From Scenedesmus sp. PABB004 (lineage: Eukaryota), in contig JABVCE010000044.1 in assembly GCA_014905635.1 (NCBI GenBank), positions 115,593-135,592 on the forward strand: DNA of 20,000 nt, given 5' to 3'. Both the position numbers and the translations under genes were made by a program. How positions within the stretch are numbered: position 1 is the first letter of the stretch; every line of letters starts with the position of its first letter. Positions 10,601-18,933 of this stretch are shown one piece after another. Under the pieces are notes generated by a model. That model made no database searches, had not been told where the DNA came from, and saw only the letters and a list, made by a program, of their open reading frames with translations.

Positions 10601-12540
10601 CACACCCTCACCCACACACCCACACACCCTCACGCACACACCCACACCCACGCGCCCGCACGCACACACCCTCACCCACACACCCGCACGCACGCACGCC
10701 CGCACCCCCCTGGCAGGCAAGAGCACGCTGCTGCGCCTGCTGCTGCGCTTCTACGACCCCCAGGGCGGCGCGGTGCTCATCGACGGCACCGACGTGCGCG
10801 CTTGCCGCCAGGCGAGCGTGCGCGCCGCGATCGCGGTCGTGCCGCAGGTGCGTGTCTGGAGGGGAGGGGGGGGGGGGGGGAGGGGAGGGCGCTCCCGCGC
10901 TGCGCGGCCGACGGTGCCCCGCGCCCCAACGCACGCCCCCCGTCGCCCGCCGTTGACCCCTGTCGCCTTGACCCCTGTTGATTGACTGTTAATTGACAAT
11001 CAATCAACCAATTGCCCAATCAGGACTCCGTGCTGTTCAACGAGACCATCATCTACAACATTCGCTACGGCCGCCCCACGGCGACCGACGCAGAGGTGTG
11101 GCGCCGCGCCGCCGCCGCGCCGCGCACGCACAGCTGCGCGGCGCACGCACAGCTGCGCGGCGCACGCACAGCTGCGCGGCGCCGGCCCGCCGCCGCGCGG
11201 CCCTTCAGGTGTATGAGGCGGCCGAGATCGCCCACATCCACCAGCACCTGCAGAGCTTCCCGCACGGCTACAGCACGCGCGTCGGTGAGCGGCAGCGAGG
11301 GAGGGGCAGGGCGGAACTGGAAACGGCGGGGCGCGCCGCGCGCGCCGCGCGCGCCGCGCGCGCCGCGCGCGCGCCGCGCGCGCTGCGCGCGCAGACCGCC
11401 GACCGCCGCCGCCGCCGCGCTGCCCCGCCCGCCAGGTGAGCGCGGGCTGCGGCTGTCGGGCGGTGAGAAGCAGCGCGTCGCGTTTGCGCGGTGAGACCGC
11501 GCGGCGCAGCGGGCGCAGAGGCGCGCCCACGTGGCGTGCGGCGCGCCCTGCCGGGCGGCCTCGCCGCCCGACGCGCCCCCGCCGCCGCCCTATCACCGCC
11601 GCGCAGCGCGGTGCTCAAGCGGCCGGCCATCCTCGTCCTGGACGAGGCGACGAGCGCGCTGGACAGCCTGACCGAGAAGCTGGTCCAGGACAGCCTCGCC
11701 ACCATACGCGGCCGCTGCACGCAGGCGCGCGCGCGGCGCTGCCGCGCGGCCGGGGCGGGGCGCCGCGCCGGCCCCGCTGCGCGGCGGCAGCTGCGTGGGC
11801 GCGTGCGCGCCGCGCGCCGCGCGCGCTGCGCCGCGCCGACGCCGCGCCGGCGCACCCGCTCGCCGCACCCGCTCGCCCGGTGCGCGCAGCTCATCGTTGC
11901 GCACCGGCTGAGCACCGTGATGGACGCGGATCGTATCGTGGTGCTGCAGCAGGGCTGCGTCGCCGAGGTGGGGGGCCACGCTGAGCTCATCGAGGCTGGC
12001 GGCCTCTACGCGAGCATGTGGGCGCGCCAGCAGGACCCCAGCGCCGCGACGCCCGCGCCCAGCCCCGAGCCCGGCGCCGTCGGCGGCGGCGCGGGCGCGC
12101 AGGGCGGCTGCGGCGGCGGCGGCGGCGGCCGGCAGCGACCGCCGGCGCTGCCGCTGCTGCCAGAGGACCGCCCGCCCGAGCAGGCGCCCGCCGCCGCGGG
12201 GCCGGGCTCGGACCGCAGCGGCGACGGCGGCGGCGGCGGCGGCTGCAGCGGCAGCGGCAGCCGGCCGCACCACCACCCGCAGCTGGGGCGCGTCGAGAGC
12301 GGCGTGGGCGTGGGGCGGCTGCACATACTGCGCCGCGTGGAGACGGGTGCGGCGTGCGTCGGCGGGCGGGTGGGGCGTCGGCGCCTGGCCGGCCGCAGCC
12401 GCCCGACCCCGCTGCCGCCCACCCGCAGGCACCTCGGACGCCGACTGTCCGCCCCCTGGGGCGCCGTCGACGGAGCAGGACGGCGACGCGCAGCAGGGCA
12501 GCGCTCGCGGGGACGGCGGCGGGGACGGCGACGGCAGCGC

Positions 12541-12572
<32 letters not shown>

Positions 12573-12577
12573 GGTAG
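6541..12577 (+). CDS. Half-size ABCB transporter, HMT1/ABCB6/ATM-like, with extra N-terminal membrane region, ~1078 aa, 19 exons: 6541-6704, 6774-6924, 7044-7192, 7310-7597, 7736-8291, 8429-8554, 8729-8896, 9130-9270, 9463-9600, 9876-9944, 10123-10245, 10410-10515, 10717-10847, 11024-11095, 11209-11284, 11436-11490, 11607-11724, 11890-12346, 12429-12577
   Basis: Membrane-domain motifs [57 protein letters not shown]; Walker A GSTGSGKST, Q-loop VPQD, signature [13 protein letters not shown], Walker B/D-loop [13 protein letters not shown]-loop VAHRLSTV. All exon phases are consistent. Four GC donors (8555, 9271, 9945, 11725). The 3' end is less certain. Confidence 0.92.
8999..9098 (+). repeat. 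(CCCA)n tetranucleotide microsatellite, about 25 units, intronic
   Basis: Direct reading; lies in ABC intron 8897-9129. Confidence 0.95.
9751..9819 (+). repeat. 3 x 23-bp tandem repeat CCTGGTGTCACGTGTCAC(A/G)TGCC, intronic
   Basis: Units start at 9751, 9774 and 9797; flanked by poly-C runs. Confidence 0.93.
10026..10087 (+). repeat. Degenerate (CCCA/CCCG)n microsatellite, intronic
   Basis: Direct reading; lies in ABC intron 9945-10122. Confidence 0.85.
10977..11008. repeat. AT-rich near-perfect inverted repeat GTTGATTGA-CTGTTAATTGACAA-TCAATCAAC
   Basis: 9-bp perfect outer arms (10977-10985 / 11000-11008), one mismatch, then TGT/ACA pairing around TAATTG. Confidence 0.85.
11122..11178 (+). 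repeat. 3 x 19-bp tandem repeat GCGCACGCACAGCTGCGCG, intronic
   Basis: Identical units at 11122, 11141 and 11160 in ABC intron 11096-11208. Confidence 0.92.
12542..12571 (+). repeat. (CAG)10 encoding polyQ just before the ABC stop codon
   Basis: Direct reading. Confidence 0.9.
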
Positions 12578-12604
12578 GAGCGGCAGCGGGCTGGATTTTC
12601 TGCA

Positions 12605-12609
12605 TTACA
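12605..12609 (-). terminator. Candidate chlorophyte polyadenylation signal TGTAA for the bZIP-like gene
   Basis: TTACA on the + strand, about 440 nt downstream of the stop at 13052. UGUAA is the established major poly(A) signal in Chlamydomonas and relatives. Confidence 0.4.
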
Positions 12610-13051
12610 AGGCTGGGTAACACACACCAGCCACAGGCGCGGCGGCGAGGTGACTTTTGAGGTGCCGCTGAGCCCTGAGTGCAAGGTTTCCTTCCCTGCA
12701 GCACACGCCGCGGGTTTGTTCGCTCGATCCCCCTCGTCCTCCCATCGACCCCTCCCACGCCGGCGCCGCCAGATTGCCCGTGAAGTGCAACCGCCGCCGC
12801 CAGCAGGTTATGGTTTGGATGATGGACAGCCGCCCGACATGTTGGCATGCAGCGGCGGGCGTGCGCGTGCGCGCGCGCTGAGAGTGGCACGCAGCCGCAA
12901 CGCACGTGCGCAGTGTTCAAAGAGATGCTGGCGCGCGTGCCGCCCGACGACGACAGCAACAGAGCTGCACAGAGAAAGCCCCCCGCCCCCATCCCCCCAC
13001 ACACCGGAGTTGCCGGCGGGCGCCTCGGCCCCCGCCTCACGCGCGCCCAGG

Positions 13052-15530
13052 TCAGCTCGGGCGCCGCGGCGGCCCGCGCGCCGCCGCGCCGGCCGGCGGC
13101 TCGGCGCCGCCGCGGCGCTGCCTGTCGGCCTCGCCCTCTGCGAGGATGCGTGAGAGCTCGTGCCAGTTGATGAGGAAGGGGTAGCTGGCCAGCGTGAGCT
13201 GCACCCACACCAGCAGGCTGCTCGGCATGCGCGCGCAGCTCGCGAGCAGCATGCTGTGCTGGTCATGCTCGCGCAGCAGCAGCGCGTCGAGCTGCGCCAG
13301 CAGGTCGTCCACGCGCTCCTGCTGGCGCAGCCGCTCCAGGACGAGCGCGTCGCCGCTGGGGCGCGCGTCGGCGGCGTCGGCGGCGGCGGCGGCGGCGGCG
13401 CCGGGCTGCGGCGCGGGCGACGCCGCGCCGCCCGCCGCGCCCGCCGCGCCGCTGGCGTGCTCCGGCGCGCTGTCGGCGGCGCTGCCGGGGACCTCGCCGC
13501 TGTCCGCGACAGCGCCGCTGCTGCTGCAGGCGCTCGCGGCGGGCGACGGCGTCTGCGCGGCCATCTCCTGCAGCCGGCTGCTGGCGACGTCGAGCTGGCG
13601 CATGACCATGGACTGCTGCTTGCTCAGCGCACGCTGCGGCGGCGGCGCAGGCGGCGGCGGTTGCGGCGGGGCGGCGGGGGCCACGACGTGTGCGCGCGCG
13701 CGCCACCGGCGTGCCGCGCAGCGCGCGGCGCGCGCGCCGCCGCGCACCAGGCTGGCTGCAAAGAGCCGGCGCGCCATGACGAGCTGGGCGACCTCCTGCG
13801 GCGACAGCAGCTGCCGCCAGAGCGCCGCGAGCCGCTCCCAGTGCCCCGGCGGCGGCGCCTCCGGCTCGCAGGTCAGGAGGTTGAGGCAGCGCAGCTGGTA
13901 CGTCGCGAGCGGGTTCAGGAGATGGAACCGCCGCGCCGTGCCGCTGATGATGCGCGCGCGCGCGAGCACCGCCTCGACCGCCGCCGCGCCGCCGTGCGGC
14001 GTGCCGCGCGCGGCCGTGAGCATCGCGTGCACGTCGGCGACAAAGCGCGTCATCGTCTGCGCGGCGGGGCGCCACGGCGCCGGCAGCGGCGGCGGTGGCG
14101 GCGTGGCGGAGGGTGTGTGCGTCCATGCGCGCGGGCAGAGGCTCGCCGAGCACGCGGGCACGGCGTGCCGCGCGCACCTGCGCCGCGACGACCACGTCGG
14201 CCATCGGCAGCGGCGCAAACATGGCCACGCGCCCCGGGGCGGCCATCACGCCGGCGAGCGTGGTGATGCTCTCCCGCGCCCACGCGTCGGGCGGCGCCGC
14301 CACGACCAGCGGCGGCGCCGGCGGCGCGCGGGCCTCGGCGCCGGCGCCGCAGCTGGGCTCCCGCCCGCCGGCCTGGCGCTGCACGGCCAGCATGTCCACC
14401 ACCGCCTGCTCGCGCGCCGCGACCGCGCACGTCAGCCGCGACTCCTGCTCCCGGAGCGACGCGTTGGCGGTCCCCAGCTGCTCCAGCTGCGCGGCGAGCT
14501 GCGTCACCGACTGCTCGAGCCGCAGCAGCATGCGCTTGCGCTTGCACGTGACGGGCTTGTTGCCGTCCGCGTCCACGCGCAGGCCCTTGCCCTTCTTGCC
14601 GCCGGCGCGCTTTGCGCCCGCCTGCCTGCCGCCGGCGCGGGCGCCGCCGGCGCGCGGCGCGGAGGGGCGGCGAGCCGGCAGAGCGCCGGGGTCCTGCTGC
14701 TGCTGCTGCTCCTGCTGCTCCTGCTCCTGCTTCTGCTGCTGCTGCTGCTGCTTCTGCTGGTGCTGGTGCTGCTGCTGCTGATCGCTGCCCTGGCTGCTAC
14801 TGCGTTCGCGCTTGATGGTCGCAGTCAGCACGCACGCCTGCTGAGCGAGCGAGCCACCGCTGCAGCCTGGCAGGTCGGCCGCCGCCGCCCCTGCTGTCCA
14901 TGCCGCTGCTCCCGTCCATGCTGCTGCTCCTGCTGCGCCTGGTGCGGCTCCTACGGCAGTCGCCGGAACGGCCGCTGCTGTCATCGCCGCCCCTGCCGCT
15001 GCCGCCGCCGCTGCTGCGCCCGATGCTGCGCCATCGCCGCAAGAATGCGGATTGATGCCGCACTGCCAGCCGCTCACTGTGCCGCTGAGAATGCGCTGCA
15101 GCTGCAGGTCGGCCAGCTGCTCCTCCCACGCCGCAGCCGCGCCCTGCTGCTGCGTCAGCTGCGCCGGCGGCTGCTGCGGCTGCTGCGGGTGCTGCTGCGG
15201 GTGCTGCTGCGGGTGCTGCTGCGGCCGCTGCGGCGGCGCGCCCACCAGCGCTCGCACTTGGGCCAGGCGCACCGCCGGCGGCAGCGGGCTACCGGCGGCC
15301 GCAACGACGCTTTTGATCAGCGCCGCGCGCTCTCGCGCCTCGCTGCCGCTGCCGGTGCTCGGCCGTCGGCGCTGCTGCGGCGGCTCGCTGCCGGTGCCGG
15401 TGCTCGGCCGCCGGCGCCGCTGCTGCTGCTGCGCCGGCTCGGCGCCGCGCTCCGCCAGCGTCTGCGCCGCGAGCTCCGCCATCCAGGACAGCAGGGCGGC
15501 CTGCTGCGGACGCTGGGGCCCGTCCTCCAT
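13052..15530 (-). CDS. bZIP-like / leucine-zipper protein with Gln/Ala-rich N-terminus and helical C-terminal domain, ~747 aa, 3 exons: 15530-14178, 14056-13748, 13633-13052
   Basis: Basic patch KRKR followed by a heptad series LEQSVTQ-LAAQLEQ-LGTANAS-LREQESR-L; C-terminal HWERLAALW..LSPQEVAQL and VQLTLASYPF resemble green-algal bZIP-associated C-terminal regions from memory. Two phase-0 GT-AG introns. Extra introns in exon 1 cannot be excluded. Confidence 0.62.
14695..14780 (-). repeat. Imperfect CAG tract encoding polyQ in the bZIP-like gene
   Basis: (CTG)n with interruptions on the + strand. Confidence 0.85.
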
Positions 15531-15859
15531 CCGCCTGCTGCTGGGGGCGCTGCTCCCCGCGCTCAGCGGCTAGCCGCGGGCTCGTGCAGCAGATCGGGCA
15601 ACATAAGATGGCTCTTGACCGCGAGCAGCAGACGTCCCAGCGCCCCGCTGCGCCCCCCGGCGGGGTGGGCGGCCCCACGCGAGGAGGCCCCGTTCCAGCC
15701 GTCGGCGTGGCCGTGGACGCGCAGCTGCTCACTGAGTCTGTTGGGTGGCGGTGGCCGGTGGCCGGTGGCCAGTTGTCGGGCAGCGCGCGGACGACCGTCG
15801 GCGGTTTGGCGCTTGCACCGCCGCCGCTCGCCTCCCGCGCGCCGCCGCCACCGCCGCGC

Positions 15860-17593
15860 TCAGCGGTCCCAGCGCCCCTGCCGGCCCGTGGCAGCCGCCG
15901 GCAGCACTGTGCCGCCACGCACGGCGCCGCCGCCGCCCGCGTGCGCCGCTGGGCGCAGGGGCACGTACCGCGCATGCGCGCCGTGCTGTCCGCTGGCCCC
16001 TGGCGGGCGGTGCAGCGCCTCGGCATGGCCGTAGCTGCCATGGAAGCGCCGCGGCGGCGGCCTGCGGGGCGCCGGGCGTGGGTCGGGCGCGCAGCAGGCG
16101 CGGCGCGCCCGCCCCCCGAGCGCTCCCGGCGGCGCCGCGCACATCTTGCCGGTCGCCTCCAGGCTGCGCTGCCGCTCCGCGGCCTCGCGCTGCAGCCGCT
16201 CCGCGCGCAGCCGCGCCAGCGCCAGCGCCTTGTCCACAGCCGCCGCGGCGCCGCCGGCAGGCGAGCGGTCGCGCCGCTCGCGCTTGCGGCGCTGCGCGCG
16301 GCGCGGGGCGCGCGATCAGCAGCAGCGGGGCGCGGCCGGCGCGGGGCAAGGGGCGCGGAGCGGCGCCCCACCTTGTGCTTCTTGTGCCTGTCACCCCGCT
16401 TGCTGCTGCCGCCGCTGCCGCGCTTGCGCCGTCGCCGGCCGCCGCTGTCGTCGCTGCCGCTGCCGTCGCTGCTGCTGTCGCTGCCGTCGCTGCTGTCGCC
16501 ACTGCTGCTGTCGCTGCTGCTGGCGTGGCGGCGCTTGCGCCGCCGCTTGGCGCTGCGCGCATCGCCCGGCGCCGGCAGCGCGCCGCCGCCGCCGCCGGCG
16601 CCCGCGCCGGGCAGGCAGTGCTGCCGCTCGCGCTCCACGCGCTCCAGCGCCGCGAGCTGCGCGAGCGTCGCGCGGCGCTCGAGCTCGCGCGCGGCGTCCG
16701 GGTCGGTGGGCCGCGCGTACCAGGGCTTGGGCCCCGTGAGGCCGTGGGCGAGCTTGAAGCTCTCGTCGAAGCGCGCGTCGGTCGTAAAGGTGTCGGGGTT
16801 GCCGCGCCGCCGCTTCTCGTCGCGCGCCTCCTTCTGCGCGCGGCGCGGCGCGCGGCGCGCAGCGCTCTGCGCGGCGCCCCAGCCGCTGCCGGCGCGGCCT
16901 CGCGGCCGCGGGCGCGCGCGCGAGCGCAGCGCGCGTGCGCTCGCGCGCGCCTGGCGGTCGGGGTGCTCTGCCTTGGCCTCGAGCTCCGCCCAGAAGTTGA
17001 TGTGCTCCAGCGCCGGCTCCTCCTCGCCCTGCTCCGCCGCGCCGCCGCCCCCGTCGGCGGACGGCGGCTGCTGCTGCGCCGCCTCGCCGGCGGCCGGCGA
17101 CGCGTGGCGCCGGCGCTTGCGGCCGCCGCGCGCGTGCTCCGCGGGCGCCGCCGGCTGCTCCTCCGGCGGCGGCGGCGGGTACGCACGCGGCCCCCGCCGC
17201 GCTCGGGCTCCTCGCCGTCGCTGCCGCCGCCACCCGCGGCCACGGCGGCGTCGCCGAGCGCGGCCGCGCGGCGCGCGCGCGCGCGCTCGAGCAGCGCCGC
17301 CCGCCGCGCCTGCGCCTCGGCGGCGCGGTGCTTCTCGCGCAGCTCCGCCGTCGCCGCCTCGTGCGCCGCCTCATCGCGCGCCACCTTGAGCTTGTTGTCG
17401 CGGTTGTACACTGCCCCAGCCGGCGGCGCGGCGGGCGCGGCGCGCGTGAGCAGCAGCGGCTGGCGCTGCTCTCGTGAGCAGCAGCGGCTGGCGCTGCTGC
17501 TCTCCGCGCGTGCGCGCCCGCCACGCCGCCGGCCGAGCACCCACCGTTCCATCGCTTCTGGGGCAGGATGTTGAGGCCGCCGTGGCCGCCCAT
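15860..17593 (-). CDS. LENG1-like protein with CIR N-terminal domain; exons approx. 17593-17545, 17410-16951 (contains a frame break or extra intron 17186-17074), 16833-16372, 16291-16143, 16061-15860
   Basis: Spliced N-terminus MGGHGGLNILPQKRWNVYNRDNKLKVARDE; internal HINFWAELE, KPWY, Ser/Asp- and Lys/Arg-rich tracts, LARLRAERLQREAAER and RFHGSY match the LENG1 family layout. One GC donor at 16950. The last exon is uncertain. Confidence 0.82.
17445..17503. repeat. Tandem duplication of a ~28-bp unit CGTGAGCAGCAGCGGCTGGCGCTGCT(GCT)CT in intron 1 of the LENG1-like gene
   Basis: Copies at 17445-17472 and 17473-17503; the second forms a 10-bp stem GAGCAGCAGC/GCTGCTGCTC. Confidence 0.85.
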
Positions 17594-17937
17594 GGCGGCG
17601 GCGTGCGGCGCGCAGGCGCCGCGGCGGTGGAGCGGCGGCGACCGCACGGCCGGCGGAGGTGCTGCTGCTGCCGGCGGAGGTGGGCGTTGCCGGTGTGGCG
17701 CGTCGGCGTGAGGGGCGCGGGAGGAGCACCGAGCACCGCCGCCGGCGCGCCGCCCGCCGCCCGTCCGCCCAGCTGCTCTTCCAGCCTGACGAAGAAGCCG
17801 GCCGCTGGCCGCCCGGTCGCTCCGTCCGTCATCGACAGCCGCGTGGCGCTAGCGCCGCCAGCGCCCGTGCAGCAGGCAGCGGCAGCAGCCCGCCGATGCC
17901 CACCGCCTGAGGCGCACAGGCAGGCCGCCGGCGGGCC
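17594..17937. promoter_or_regulatory. Putative bidirectional promoter / 5'UTRs between the LENG1-like gene and Aquarius
   Basis: Divergent ATGs at 17593 (-) and 17938 (+), 344 bp of intervening sequence. Confidence 0.45.
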
Positions 17938-18894
17938 ATGGCTAACACCGGGCCCGGGGAAGGCGGGCCGCCCGCCAAGAAGGCGCGGCCGGAGGGCGGC
18001 CAGCATGGCGCGGGGCAGCAGGCGCCTGCCGGCACCCACGCCCCGCACGGCATGCTCACGCTGGAAGAGGTGCGCCGCGCGCGTCGGGCGACCCGGGGCG
18101 AGGGGCACGCGGGACGGCGGCCGCAGCGGCGGCTGCGCGCCGCACGCGCCGGCGGCAGCGGCAGCAGCGGCGCGCCGCCGCCGCGCGGCGATCGCTGCCG
18201 CGGGCGGCGGCAGGGGGGCGGGGGCCCGATCCAAGACCGGCGGAGCGGCGGTGGGGCCCCGGCGCAGCGCCGCACGCGCCGCAGCGCCGGCGGGGGCCCG
18301 CGTCCCGGCGCTCGCGCGCCGCCGCCGCTCACGCGCCCGCGCCGCCGCCGCTGCCCTCCCCCGTCCGGCGCTGCGCCGGGCAGATCGCGGGCGACCAGCT
18401 CACGCAGCTCGCGGCGAAGCACTGGTCCGAGGCCGCGCGCGCGGGCCGAGCCCGCCGCCGTTCAGCGCGGAGCTGGTGCAGCAGATCTACGTGAACGAGC
18501 TCGGCGGCGGCCGGCCGCGCGCGCCGGTGCTCAAGCGGGTCATGATGCTCGAGGTGCGGCGGCGCGGGAGGGAGAGGAGGGAGGGGGGAGGGGCGGGCGA
18601 GGGGTGCAGCGTTGGCAGCAGCGGCAGGGCACCGCGCGCGCCGCCGCCGCGCGGCGGCCCGCCCGGCCCCACCCGCCGCACTCTCCCTCCCTCGCGCTCC
18701 TGCGCATGCCCCCGCCCTCTCCGTCTGCCCCGCCGCCCGCAGGTGTCGCAGTACCTCGAGGCCTACCTGGTGCCCCACTTTGACCCCGCGGCGTCGAGCG
18801 ACGGGCACGTGATGAGCATCGTGGCCATGCTCAACGAAAAGTTCCGCGAGGGCGTGCCCGCGTGGGGCGCCTTCAAGGGCAACAAGGCGCGCGG

Positions 18895-18933
<39 letters not shown>

